Positions 1-8,801 of a stretch of DNA of 16,744 bases are shown here, in pieces. The notes under the pieces were generated by a model, which was not told where the DNA came from, searched no databases, and saw only the letters and a list, made by a program, of their open reading frames with translations. The number at the start of each line of letters is the position of its first letter. Within the stretch, counting starts at the first letter, position 1. A program made the position numbers and the translations under genes. This DNA comes from a virus. Its lineage: Duplodnaviria; Heunggongvirae; Uroviricota; Caudoviricetes. The DNA lies in the IMG/VR virus record IMGVR_UViG_2617270976_000015, positions 1 to 16,744 of that record; one strand, given 5' to 3'.

Positions 1-276
1 TTACCGACTGCGGCCTGAGTTTTTTAAGTGACGTAAAATCGTGTTGAGGCCAACGCCCATAATGCGGGCTGTTGCCCGGCATCCAACGCCATTCATGGCC
101 ATATCAATGATTTTCTGGTGCGTACCGGGTTGAGAAGCGGTGTAAGTGAACTGCAGTTGCCATGTTTTACGGCAGTGAGAGCAGAGATAGCGCTGATGTC
201 CGGCGGTGCTTTTGCCGTTACGCACCACCCCGTCAGTAGCTGAACAGGAGGGACAGCTGATAGAAACAGAAGCCAC
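1..276 (-). CDS. insA: IS1 InsA (transposition regulator / N-terminal part of the InsAB transposase)
   Basis: The 91-aa translation [43 protein letters not shown]... matches IS1 InsA as I recall it; GTG start at 276, stop at 1-3. Confidence 0.9.
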
Positions 277-331
277 TGGAGCACCTCAAAAACACCATCA
301 TACACTAAATCAGTAAGTTGGCAGCATCACC
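1..331 (-). mobile_element. IS1 insertion sequence, partial (continues beyond the left edge of the window); terminal inverted repeat ends at 331
   Basis: Minus strand at 309-331 reads GGTGATGCTGCCAACTTACTGAT, the IS1 terminal repeat as I recall it; insA lies immediately inside. The element is cut by the window edge, so insB is not visible. Confidence 0.9.
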
Positions 332-1601
332 GGCTATCCAGTGCGGTAATGCGCTCCTGGTGCGATTCTGTATTCAGTCGCAGCGCGAGATCGTTACCCG
401 AAAGCTGATAAACATCTTCACCCGGTTCCAGCAAGGGTGACAGCCAGTGAGAAAGTTTTTGCTTGTATTGAATCCGCAGCATGATGCCATAGTTCTTAAC
501 CAGCATTTCCATGCCAGGGATGCGTAAATAACAAAGCGCAGACCAGGGGGCATCACGCAACGCGCGATTCAGGGCGCGAACATTTGGCAGATGAACCACC
601 GGGTCCACATACGCAAGCCGCTGAATGCGTCTGACTACCGCTCTCTGACGGGTTGCCAGTACAGCCATATAATTGACAATAAAAGAGAATACCAGATAAC
701 TGGAGGAGGTTATGGTCAGCTGCGTGGTATAGCCAGGATAAATGGGAATGTAATTTTGATAGCTGTGGATGCTGATCATCAACACGACCGCCCAGAGCAG
801 CGAAATCAGCTTATAACCATAGCGCATCGCTCCCCACATCATCAGGGGCAGCAATAATGACAAGGTATAATTGGTGCTAAAAATTGTGCTTTTTTCATTT
901 AACGGCATGCATAACAGCAACAATAAAGCACCTAATGCCAGTAGCCAGAGCGCGAACTCTTTTTTGGTGACTTTGGCATCAACCTGCTGTTTTAATTGCG
1001 AATAATAGCTACGTAAATAAAATGGATTTCGCACTACCCGAATGATGAAGTAGCACAGCGGGACACCGATCAGATTACCCACCAGTAAGGCCTGATAATT
1101 GATTAAAGTCCCGAGGTTAAAAGGCATGACACCGACCAGATTTTCTCTGCTCGCCAGTAATCCTACAAATGCAGCAAACTGGAAAAGTATCAGAAACAGC
1201 GTTGCAGGAAACACAATCTGCCAGAATATACGCTGGGAAATTAAACGGGTATCACCATGTGAAACGTTGTTACGCCGGGGAGTAAAGACCCTGTAACCGC
1301 CCCAACAGAGAATGATAATGATAATAAAATTAGCCGTTAATGATAGCGTTTCGTAAAAACCCAGCTCTGCATATTTGCGGACAAAAATCCCTAAGGCGAT
1401 CCCTGGCAATGCCGCCCAGCTGAAAAACATCATCATGCTGATCATCAGTGCCAGAGGCAGATAAAAGAGAAAAACCTCACCGGAAGAAATATGCGCGAAA
1501 GTATTAATGTGGGCGAAAATGGGCAAGATTAAAGAAGGCAGGAACAGCGGAAGCCCCCACCATTTATCACGTATTTTTATATAAGTTGCATTCAGTTTCA
1601 T
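327..1601 (-). pseudogene. pdeF: MASE1-type integral-membrane sensor fused to the start of a degenerate GGDEF domain (PdeF/YfgF-like c-di-GMP phosphodiesterase), 3' end truncated by the IS1 insertion
   Basis: 424-aa ORF with many predicted TM helices, then DPVVHLPNVRALNRAL, which resembles the start of a GGDEF domain. The reading frame runs across the IS1 junction at 331 and stops at a TGA inside the IS1 terminal repeat (327-329), so the distal GGDEF/EAL portion is missing. The pdeF name rests on domain order plus the neighbouring yfgG/H/I-like genes, from memory. Confidence 0.6.
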
Positions 1602-1952
1602 AGATGCTCAGCAGAATCCCCCACATCCTGAAGGAGGTGTATTCAGACAGGCATCCCACCTGACTTCGAATGATGATTATTCATCACTATAGAGAGCATT
1701 GATTCTAAGTGTCATATGAAAGTACCAATTGATATATATCAAACAAAATAACCCTGATTAATGAATTATTACGTTTATCATGTTAATTCATCATTATTAC
1801 ATCATCATTGTAAATAATTAAATTAACTTCCATAACATTAAAATATGTATCCACTGACGCTTTTTTACATAACGAAGAATTGACCATTTTGTCCTGTTGT
1901 GCCTTAATGTAAGTACCGTCCACAGCGTGGGACATACTTCAAGGAACCTTTT

Positions 1953-2144
1953 GTGAGTCAGGCAACCAGTATGCGAAAACGACACCGATTTAACAGTCGC
2001 ATGACCCGTATCGTACTGCTCATCAGCTTTATCTTCTTCTTTGGCCGTTTTATCTACTCGTCCGTCGGTGCCTGGCAGCACCATCAGAGCAAAAAAGAAG
2101 CTCAGCAATCCACACTCTCCGTCGAATCACCGGTACAACGTTAG
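1953..2144 (+). CDS. yfgG: small single-pass membrane protein (63 aa; YfgG-like)
   Basis: GTG start at 1953 with AAGGA 7 nt upstream (in-frame ATG at 1971). Basic N-terminus followed by hydrophobic helix IVLLISFIFFFGRFIY. Size and position next to the pdeF-like gene match my recollection of yfgG. Confidence 0.5.
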   Translation: MSQATSMRKRHRFNSRMTRIVLLISFIFFFGRFIYSSVGAWQHHQSKKEAQQSTLSVESPVQR

Positions 2145-2457
2145 CGGTTACCTTCTCCACTTTCACAGAACATAACGGCACTTCGCTGTCGGATGCTTTT
2201 GCTGTTTGGGATTATCAAAGCGGCAGATATTCTTTCATCTTAAATTTTACGTCTTTATCCTGACTGATGTTTATCCTGTTTGGCTGCGAAATAAATATAA
2301 AATTAATATATATGTTGTAATGATATATTTTTATAAATTATTCCCTGCGTGAATTTTAATAAATTTAATCTATCCCTTTATACGCAATACATTTACTTTC
2401 CTCTTTTGATGATCTTAAATGTCTTATTTTTCGTAATGTGTATAACAAGGAATAGTG

Positions 2458-2973
2458 ATGAAATTTAAAAAATGTCTTCTGCCTGTGGCAATGTTAGCGT
2501 CATTCACTCTGGCAGGATGCCAGTCAAATGCTGACGATCATGCTGCCGATGTTTATCAAACCGATCAACTGAATACCAAACAAGAAACTAAAACCGTTAA
2601 TATTATTTCCATTCTTCCCGCAAAAGTTGCCGTAGACAACTCCCAAAATAAACGGAACGCACAAGCCTTCGGCGCGCTTATTGGCGCAGTCGCTGGCGGT
2701 GTTATCGGCCACAACGTCGGGTCTGGCAGCAATTCCGGAACGACGGCAGGTGCAGTTGGCGGCGGAGCTGTAGGCGCGGCAGCGGGTTCTATGGTGAATG
2801 ATAAAACCTTAGTGGAAGGTGTTTCTTTAACCTATAAGGAAGGCACCAAAGTGTATACCTCTACCCAGGTGGGTAAAGAGTGCCAGTTTACGACAGGTTT
2901 AGCCGTTGTTATTACCACGACGTATAACGAAACGCGTATTCAGCCAAATACCAAATGTCCTGAAAAGAGCTAA
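2458..2973 (+). CDS. yfgH: glycine-zipper lipoprotein (YfgH-like; YcfJ paralogue type)
   Basis: ATG at 2458 with AAGGA 6 nt upstream (the track ORF begins at GTG 2455). Signal peptide with lipobox LAGC; Gly/Ala zipper GALIGAVAGGVIGHNVG...GAVGGGAVGAAAGS. Confidence 0.7.
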   Translation: MKFKKCLLPVAMLASFTLAGCQSNADDHAADVYQTDQLNTKQETKTVNIISILPAKVAVDNSQNKRNAQAFGALIGAVAGGVIGHNVGSGSNSGTTAGAVGGGAVGAAAGSMVNDKTLVEGVSLTYKEGTKVYTSTQVGKECQFTTGLAVVITTTYNETRIQPNTKCPEKS

Positions 2974-2988
2974 TAATCAGGAGGAGTC

Positions 2989-3528
2989 ATGAAGAAAGTT
3001 TTTCTTTGCGCCATCTTAGCCTCCTTAAGCTATCCGGCTATCGCCTCATCATTGCAGGATCAACTCTCTGCTGTCGCAGAAGCGGAACAGCAAGGTAAAA
3101 ATGAAGAGCAAAGGCAGCATGACGAATGGGTCGCGGAGCGCAACAGGGAAATCCAGCAAGAGAAGCAACGTCGCGCAAATGCCCAGGCCGCCGCTAACAA
3201 AAGAGCGGCAACGGCAGCGGCAAATAAGAAAGCTCGTCAGGATAAACTGGACGCCGAAGCCTCTGCGGACAAAAAACGCGATCAAAGTTATGAAGATGAG
3301 CTACGCAGCTTAGAGATTCAGAAACAAAAACTGGCGCTGGCGAAAGAAGAAGCCCGCGTTAAGCGAGAAAACGAATTTATCGATCAGGAACTGAAGCACA
3401 AAGCTGCGCAAACCGATGTGGTGCAATCTGAAGCTGACGCCAACAGAAATATGACTGAAGGCGGTCGCGATCTGATGAAAAGCGTGGGCAAAGCAGAAGA
3501 GAACAAATCGGACAGCTGGTTTAATTAA
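2989..3528 (+). CDS. yfgI: secreted charged coiled-coil protein (YfgI-like)
   Basis: Strong AGGAGG 4 nt upstream of ATG 2989; N-terminal signal peptide MKKVFLCAILASLSYPAIA; Glu/Lys/Ala/Gln-rich helical body. Gene symbol is from recollection of the K-12 yfgF-yfgI locus. Confidence 0.65.
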   Translation: MKKVFLCAILASLSYPAIASSLQDQLSAVAEAEQQGKNEEQRQHDEWVAERNREIQQEKQRRANAQAAANKRAATAAANKKARQDKLDAEASADKKRDQSYEDELRSLEIQKQKLALAKEEARVKRENEFIDQELKHKAAQTDVVQSEADANRNMTEGGRDLMKSVGKAEENKSDSWFN

Positions 3529-3566
3529 TCGATGTTAGTAACTTCAATCCTATAATTCTTGAAGAT

Positions 3567-3599
3567 AAAAAACCCTCTGTAGTAACAGAGGGTTTTGTT
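3567..3599. terminator. bidirectional rho-independent terminator at the host/prophage junction
   Basis: Perfect 8-bp stem CCCTCTGT (3573-3580) / ACAGAGGG (3585-3592) with 4-nt loop, flanked by an A-run (3567-3572) and TTTTGTT (3593-3599). Confidence 0.75.
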
Positions 3600-3745
3600 C
3601 ATTCATAGTGCAGGGTCAAATCATTCCCACTCAATTATTTACGATAACCATAACCAATTGAGTGATAACATTTTTCCAAATCTCAATTTTTCCCGTACCG
3701 TTTTATATACCGTCACCGGAAATCAGTACCGTGAAAAATGCCATG

Positions 3746-4228
3746 CTATCTGGTCAGGGTGTCGTACTGTTTTTCGCAGACTCTTCCGGCTTCGGATGCC
3801 CGGTCAGCATACTCTGCCAGTTGTCTATTTCTCTCGAGAGATTTGCTGAACACGTCGGAAAGCAAAACTCCGGTGTCTGCGGCTGACGACCCAGCGCCGA
3901 CAATGGCGTTATAGTGCCTGAGCTGCTCACGGATGGCAACGAGCTGTTGCTGCAACCGGCCAGCGCGAGCGGCAGCATCAAGAGCATCATTGCGCGCCTG
4001 GTCGATCCTCTGCTGCGCTTCACGTTCATTAGTCACTTTCTCCTGTTCGTAGTGCTGACGAACTATCTCATCTTCAGCTTTGCGGTCTTTCTTCGCCTGC
4101 GCATACCCGGCATCGTACTGACGACTGCCGTGTGCATTCCAGGCTACAACTCCTGATATGACCAGAACAGCAAGCATCGCCATGATAACCAACTGTTTCC
4201 AGTATGCTTTTGCGAATGCCCAGATCAT
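3746..4228 (-). CDS. Rz-like i-spanin
   Basis: N-terminal TM helix followed by a charged coiled-coil body; directly after the endolysin gene (start ATG overlaps the endolysin stop at 4225-4228); contains the embedded Rz1-like ORF. Confidence 0.7.
   Translation of the reverse strand: MIWAFAKAYWKQLVIMAMLAVLVISGVVAWNAHGSRQYDAGYAQAKKDRKAEDEIVRQHYEQEKVTNEREAQQRIDQARNDALDAAARAGRLQQQLVAIREQLRHYNAIVGAGSSAADTGVLLSDVFSKSLERNRQLAEYADRASEAGRVCEKQYDTLTR
3754..4029 (-). CDS. Rz1-like o-spanin lipoprotein embedded in the +1 frame of Rz
   Basis: Track ORF lies entirely inside Rz in another frame; signal peptide with lipobox LALAGCS and a Pro/Ser-rich mature part. The true start may be the internal Met at about 3990. 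Confidence 0.6.
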   Translation of the reverse strand: MNVKRSRGSTRRAMMLLMLPLALAGCSNSSLPSVSSSGTITPLSALGRQPQTPEFCFPTCSANLSREIDNWQSMLTGHPKPEESAKNSTTP

Positions 4229-4854
4229 ACCGCCAGCACCTTACTGGCAGTGATGTACCGCGCGCGCCGGTCGTCGATGCCGTTCCGGCCACCATTGATA
4301 ATCAGAGTTACACGTGCAATATCGCCGGTATACTTCATGCATCCTTTGCTGGCGAAGAACCACGCCGCGCTACGAGCCGCATATTCGTCCTGCGCCAGCA
4401 GTTCAGGGCTCTCCAGCAGGTCAACCTTCAGGCCGTTTCCGCAATCACGATAGTTATTCAAACCGGTAATCTGGATAAGTCCGCGCCCTCGGTAATTCCA
4501 GCCATCACCAGGGGCATTGTTCCCCATGCGTTTGCTGTACACCAGATTGGCGATCGCACGCTGGCGCTCCAGAGGCAGAGACTTCTCATATGCTTTTCGT
4601 CCCAGCGTGCTGGCCTGGTCCGGCGTGATGCGTCCGGCACGGATAAACCCGGACAGTCCATTAACGCTGTAGTTGAAGTTTTCCTGTAACCGGGTAAATC
4701 CTCCGGACTCATGCCCGACCTGCGCGATAAACATCGCCTGGTCATCTGGTTTGATAATGCCAAACTCATTCATGGCAGCAGTGATATGCAGAAACCAGCG
4801 TGCGGCCAGCGCCTCGCTAATACCAGCAGCTCGCTGGAATTGTTTAATCTCCAT
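4225..4854 (-). CDS. endolysin, glycoside hydrolase family 19 (class I chitinase-like) type
   Basis: Start chosen at the internal ATG 4854 ([20 protein letters not shown]...) with GAGGT upstream; the longer track ORF (to 5019) would overlap the upstream gene. Motif [22 protein letters not shown] is recalled as the GH19 phage-lysin signature. Confidence 0.8.
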   Translation of the reverse strand: MEIKQFQRAAGISEALAARWFLHITAAMNEFGIIKPDDQAMFIAQVGHESGGFTRLQENFNYSVNGLSGFIRAGRITPDQASTLGRKAYEKSLPLERQRAIANLVYSKRMGNNAPGDGWNYRGRGLIQITGLNNYRDCGNGLKVDLLESPELLAQDEYAARSAAWFFASKGCMKYTGDIARVTLIINGGRNGIDDRRARYITASKVLAV

Positions 4855-5152
4855 GTTTAGACCTCGATACTTTGAAAATTTGAACGACGTTACCGCGCGT
4901 TTTAATAACCGCAGCGAGCATGACAGCGTTGATAATGACCTCAGATAAATCCACAGCCATTGGCGTGCGTAACCAGATTGCATAGGCGACACGAACAGGA
5001 ATACTGGCCGCAGCAACAATCAGGAAATAAGCAAGCCACCCTCCCCATCTTCGGTGTTGTGACCCGTTACGCCGGAATGTGACAACGCGAATTGCTATGC
5101 CAGTACAAATAACTGCATTGGTGATAAGAAAAAAAAGCTCATACGTTGCCAT
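4844..5152 (-). CDS. holin-like / lysis-associated membrane protein (about 3 TM)
   Basis: 102-aa hydrophobic protein; GGGAGA RBS; start overlaps the upstream holin stop and its stop overlaps the endolysin start (translational coupling typical of lysis cassettes). Confidence 0.55.
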   Translation of the reverse strand: MATYELFFLITNAVICTGIAIRVVTFRRNGSQHRRWGGWLAYFLIVAAASIPVRVAYAIWLRTPMAVDLSEVIINAVMLAAVIKTRGNVVQIFKVSRSKHGD

Positions 5153-5543
5153 CGTCTTTTCTCCCCGGAATTAACTCACGTGGATTATCGGAACGGTGAT
5201 AGAGCCAGATGCCAATTCGTACTGCGACGATTGCTGACACGAATGCGCCAGCAGAGAAAACAACCCCTTTCTCGAAAGAGTCCTGCGTGATAGTAGGGAT
5301 CAGGCTAGCTACGCCTATAAGAATTGATGCTGCTGGTTTGTAGAAAAGAAGCCCACAGAGAAAGCTAAGCATCGACAAGAGTACGCGACGACTAATTGGG
5401 TACTCCACCGCAGAGGTAACAAAAATCACCGCTCCTGACAAAGACCCCAACGCTACTTCTGGAGGTACTCCTGCTATCACCGCAGCTAGAGAACCAAGAC
5501 TAAGCCATTGATTTAATGTTTCACTGGTTAGTTGAACTGACAT
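5139..5543 (-). CDS. holin-like membrane protein with possible dual start (GTG 5552 / ATG 5543)
   Basis: 3-4 predicted TM helices; first gene of the lysis cassette; N-terminus M-V-S-M gives two in-frame starts as in dual-start holin/antiholin genes; GGTGG upstream of ATG 5543. Confidence 0.6.
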   Translation of the reverse strand: MSVQLTSETLNQWLSLGSLAAVIAGVPPEVALGSLSGAVIFVTSAVEYPISRRVLLSMLSFLCGLLFYKPAASILIGVASLIPTITQDSFEKGVVFSAGAFVSAIVAVRIGIWLYHRSDNPRELIPGRKDDGNV

Positions 5544-5958
5544 AGAAACCACCGTTTACTGTGCATAAAGACCCACCTTAGTTGGTGAGTCCATCATACA
5601 CAATTAATACATATATGGTTTAATTGAAATCCCCAAAAACATTCTGAATAGGTGAGGTGTTTTCTGGCTCCATAGCTATGACGTGGCTTTTGATGCCTAA
5701 CTTTATAAGGTGCCACGACAATGTGATAGGTACATAGGATTCAGTTACCAATGCAAAGCTTTGTGTGTCTCAGTTTTGTCTCATGCCAACCCAGTAGAAT
5801 CAATCTACTTAATCTCTCTGCAGTGAATATTTTGTTTGCACGCAATTGCACATGATGAACTGGCGCTTATGATAATTTCTGACGGTGATCTGATGGGAGT
5901 GAAAGTGCGGCTATCTGATGATACAATGCTCTTCAAAATAAACAGTTAGGTGATTTTT

Positions 5959-7002
5959 ATGTTGGTCAAAGATGCGCTAAAAAGGGATAACAATAACCTT
6001 GACTTAATACGTATTTTTTGTGCAATTTCTGTAATATTTGCCCATTCATATTATCTTGCAAATTCTGATGGAGCCCAGGAGCCGGTTCAGTCTGTTTTCA
6101 CATTTACATATACTGGTTCCATTGCTGTAAAAATATTTTTCTTTATTAGCGGAATGCTTGTAACTAATAGTTTATTAACAACGCGAAACATACCACACTT
6201 TATTTCATCTAGATTTTTTAGAATATTCCCCGCATTCATTTTTGTTTTATTATTCGCGACATTCATTGTTGGACCATTACTTACAACGCATTCAATGACA
6301 TCTTATTTAAAAGATACGCTGACGTACAGCTATCTATTTAAAAGCTCATATTTGGATATGCAATTTTTTCTTCCTGGTGTTTTTGAGGAAAATATATATA
6401 AAAGCTCAGTTAATGGTTCTTTATGGACAATACCATATGAAGTTGCATCTTATGTCGTGCTCCTAGCATGCTACATGATAACTCAGAGCAGAGGAAGAAT
6501 AATGCCTAGCATCATATGCTTATCAATAATAGCGCTTCCAGTATTGGGATGGAACAAATTAATTTTTATAAATAACGATAATGCAGATGTGTTTTTAATG
6601 GCTCCATGCTTTGCTCTTGGCGCATTGTATGCTATAAACAAGGACAAAATATACATTTCACTACATGCACCAATAGGATTTGCAATATTATATAATTTTG
6701 TGTCAGAACCAACACTCAAGCATATGCTTTTTTATTTTTGCGCATGTACATTTTTCGTATATTTATCAACAACAAAAATAATAAAATCAATAAGAATAAA
6801 ACATGATGTATCATATGGCGTTTACTTGTGGGGCTTTTTAATACAGCAGATAACATTCAGGTTATTACCTGATATAAATCTGTACTTAAATCAAGTTTTA
6901 TGCATAGCACTATCACTTATTGCTGGACTGATATCATTTATTGCGATAGAAAAACCAGCAATGGATATTGGGAAAAAGATATCAAACAAATTCAGATATT
7001 AG
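5959..7002 (+). CDS. acyltransferase family 3 integral membrane protein (Oac/OafA-like O-antigen acetyltransferase, membrane domain only)
   Basis: ATG 5959 with AGGTGA 7 nt upstream (track ORF starts at GTG 5950). About 10 TM helices; N-terminal RIFCAISVIFAHS resembles the conserved Arg/His motif of AT3 acyltransferases. Extremely AT-rich codon usage, which looks horizontally acquired. Confidence 0.75.
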   Translation: MLVKDALKRDNNNLDLIRIFCAISVIFAHSYYLANSDGAQEPVQSVFTFTYTGSIAVKIFFFISGMLVTNSLLTTRNIPHFISSRFFRIFPAFIFVLLFATFIVGPLLTTHSMTSYLKDTLTYSYLFKSSYLDMQFFLPGVFEENIYKSSVNGSLWTIPYEVASYVVLLACYMITQSRGRIMPSIICLSIIALPVLGWNKLIFINNDNADVFLMAPCFALGALYAINKDKIYISLHAPIGFAILYNFVSEPTLKHMLFYFCACTFFVYLSTTKIIKSIRIKHDVSYGVYLWGFLIQQITFRLLPDINLYLNQVLCIALSLIAGLISFIAIEKPAMDIGKKISNKFRY

Positions 7003-7004
7003 AT

Positions 7005-7030
7005 AAAAAGGGGCTTTCAGCCCCTTTTTT
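7005..7030. terminator. bidirectional rho-independent terminator between the convergent acyltransferase and beta-helix genes
   Basis: AAAAAGGGGCT-TTC-AGCCCCTTTTTTTT: GC stem 7010-7015 / 7019-7024 flanked by an A-run and a T-run. Confidence 0.8.
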
Positions 7031-8014
7031 TTACGTGGTAGTTGCGGATACCTTCCATTCACCAGTTGATACGTATGTCCACTTCCACGGTCCGGTAGAA
7101 ACCGGACCAAGCAATTCCCACTTGGTGCCAAACGGGAAATTAGTTGTATCTCCCGTGGGTGGTGATACTGATAGAACCGTTATATATCCTGACTCAAGTC
7201 TGCATAATGCAGTCCATGATGAGTTTCCGGTTATACTATAGGTGCCGCCTGAATCAACCTTGTTGATCCAGCTCTGCCCACTCCCCCATCTAATAGAATC
7301 AGTGGTGTTGTCGGGAATTACCGCACCATTAAAATTTGCAGTTGCATCATTAAGATATATGTATTTGCTAGATGAGACTCCAGAGTAACCAGAAAAATGA
7401 GATGAAACCAATGAGATGAAACACGATTCCAGAGATACAGCTTCAACTCCTCCATCATGATGATTAACCACTCTAAATGCAGTTACGTTAATTCGACTAC
7501 CATTTATATCAAATATTTTACCAGTGCCTTCTTCGCTTCCGCATCCAGATAGATTTACTCCAGTACAATCTTTAAATTTATAGCCAGTACCATTAACGAA
7601 GTCAGCAGCCAAACAAGTCAGGCTGCTATATGTAATGTTATTAAAATCATATGCAACACCTGAACATGTTTTCACATAAATATTCTTTAAATTATATGTG
7701 GTTCCACCTGCTTCGATTTTAACTCCAGTAACGACATCCTGAATAGTAATGTTTTCCCATGTCTGCAACCAGCTATCACTAGTGCGATAACCGGTTTTCA
7801 CCCTATGAATATACAGGTCCTGAAGGCGCACATTGTAACTGATAGCGCTATATATCCCGTAATCACAAGGATTGGGCGCAGTATTTAGAATACTCAATCC
7901 AATTATTCTGGTGCTTCTTGTTTGTTTCCCGCTTAAATCACCTGATGTGTCACTATCCATATCTACCGCAACAATAAAGTCTTTGGAGAAGCTGTGTGGT
8001 ACACCCTGCCACAT
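7031..8014 (-). CDS. right-handed beta-helix (pectate-lyase-fold) protein resembling a tailspike/depolymerase receptor-binding domain; possibly a remnant
   Basis: Ser/Thr/Gly/Asn-rich sequence with repetitive short beta-strand motifs (for example NLKNIYVKTCSGVAYDFNNITYSS, GTGKIFDINGSRINV). No signal peptide, weak RBS; its frame is open for only 17 codons upstream of the Met and overlaps the upstream ORF. Confidence 0.45.
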   Translation of the reverse strand: MWQGVPHSFSKDFIVAVDMDSDTSGDLSGKQTRSTRIIGLSILNTAPNPCDYGIYSAISYNVRLQDLYIHRVKTGYRTSDSWLQTWENITIQDVVTGVKIEAGGTTYNLKNIYVKTCSGVAYDFNNITYSSLTCLAADFVNGTGYKFKDCTGVNLSGCGSEEGTGKIFDINGSRINVTAFRVVNHHDGGVEAVSLESCFISLVSSHFSGYSGVSSSKYIYLNDATANFNGAVIPDNTTDSIRWGSGQSWINKVDSGGTYSITGNSSWTALCRLESGYITVLSVSPPTGDTTNFPFGTKWELLGPVSTGPWKWTYVSTGEWKVSATTT

Positions 8015-8382
8015 GCGATCCGGAACGGTTTTAATATCGTTACGCGCTGTTTTGCAGCATCCAGTTCAATCGACAATTTTTCCAACTGCTCTTTATGCTT
8101 TTTATATTCCTGATATGCGTGCCAGGACTGACCTTTGCGCACACTATCAGTAATATCAGTAATCTGTTCTGGTGTTAGCGTGGTCAGTGGCTGTGCTGGG
8201 AAAATCAGCACTTTCCCGGAATCCCAATCAAAACCAGCGTGAATTGACTGAACCTCAACTGAGGGTGTTGAACCAATGCTGCCAGGCGAATAAACAACGA
8301 TCGTTACATCCATATCGCGACGATGGCTGTGGTTGTTGGACAAAATACGATTCACCAACTCAGAAAATTTGGAGAATTTCAT
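7963..8382 (-). CDS. hypothetical phage protein (139 aa) with C-terminal coiled-coil; may be the N-terminal part of a frameshifted tailspike-like gene
   Basis: ORF with ATG at 8382; 52-nt overlap in a different frame with the beta-helix ORF. No motif I recognise. Confidence 0.4.
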   Translation of the reverse strand: MKFSKFSELVNRILSNNHSHRRDMDVTIVVYSPGSIGSTPSVEVQSIHAGFDWDSGKVLIFPAQPLTTLTPEQITDITDSVRKGQSWHAYQEYKKHKEQLEKLSIELDAAKQRVTILKPFRIACGRVYHTASPKTLLLR

Positions 8383-8390
8383 GCGGAGCC

Positions 8391-8801
8391 TCAGTATGTA
8401 AAATAGACAGTTGCCACGCCGTTATAGTGATCAAACGATACGGCATTTACTTCATAGCTGGCGGGGAGCTTCGATCCGAGAACGTATCCGGGCCACTTTT
8501 TCCATGGAATTTCTCTGCGCTCACTATCGCCATATACCGTACATCCCAGTGAGCCTACAGCTTCACCAGAACGTGTGCCGCACGTTATGAATCCAAGATT
8601 TTGCTTACTGGCCTTAATAGCGATCGATGGAGTACTAACCGATGCATTGGCTGCTCTATTCGCCTGTTGGCTTGCAATAGCTGCGGAATTAGCAGCTGCA
8701 ACAGCAGCAGTGGTCGCGGCGGTAGAGGCAACAATAGCTGCTGAAGCATGCACTTGTTGGATATTCACCAACAATGCCGCCACAAAAATCATCTTCTTCA
8801 C
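8391..8801 (-). CDS. secreted protein of unknown function (signal peptide, Ala-rich linker, C-terminal domain with two Cys)
   Basis: GTG start at 8801 with AAGGAG 7 nt upstream, overlapping the upstream stop (GTGA). N-terminus MKKMIFVAALLVNIQQVHA looks like a Sec signal peptide. Confidence 0.55.
   Translation of the reverse strand: MKKMIFVAALLVNIQQVHASAAIVASTAATTAAVAAANSAAIASQQANRAANASVSTPSIAIKASKQNLGFITCGTRSGEAVGSLGCTVYGDSERREIPWKKWPGYVLGSKLPASYEVNAVSFDHYNGVATVYFTY

Noticed and set aside
93-305. 70-aa ORF on the minus strand inside IS1
   Set aside because: Lies within IS1 in a different frame from insA, overlapping it; not a gene I recall for IS1. Treated as a frame artefact.
1818-2108. 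96-aa minus-strand ORF in the AT-rich intergenic region
   Set aside because: Overlaps the better-supported plus-strand yfgG-like ORF (which has an RBS), has no RBS and an odd composition.
3595-4689. Plus-strand ORFs 3595..3849, 3662..3886, 3914..4156, 4204..4689 and 4250..4453, and minus-strand 4074..4295
   Set aside because: All are antisense or out-of-frame overlaps of the Rz and endolysin genes, which have clear family features and coupling; no RBS support.
4458-4948. ORFs 4458..4769 (-) and 4673..4948 (+) inside the endolysin region
   Set aside because: Alternative frames of the endolysin gene; low-complexity translations.
4225-5019. Longer endolysin ORF starting at 5019
   Set aside because: The extension has no RBS, would overlap almost all of the holin-like gene and gives an implausible N-terminus; the internal ATG 4854 with GAGGT is the coupled start.
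5553-5949. Possible tRNA or structured RNA in the 397-bp gap upstream of the holin gene
   Set aside because: I found no T-loop-like GGTTCGA motif or cloverleaf-compatible pairing by eye; only a GTTACC half-site and short palindromes. Would need tRNAscan or Infernal to exclude fully.
6483-7241. ORFs 6483..6719 (-) and 6900..7241 (+)
   Set aside because: Antisense to the acyltransferase gene, or spanning the terminator into the antisense of the beta-helix gene; AT-rich frame artefacts.
7872-8552. Plus-strand ORFs 7872..8153 and 8172..8552
   Set aside because: Antisense to the minus-strand genes of the nin-position block; no RBS.
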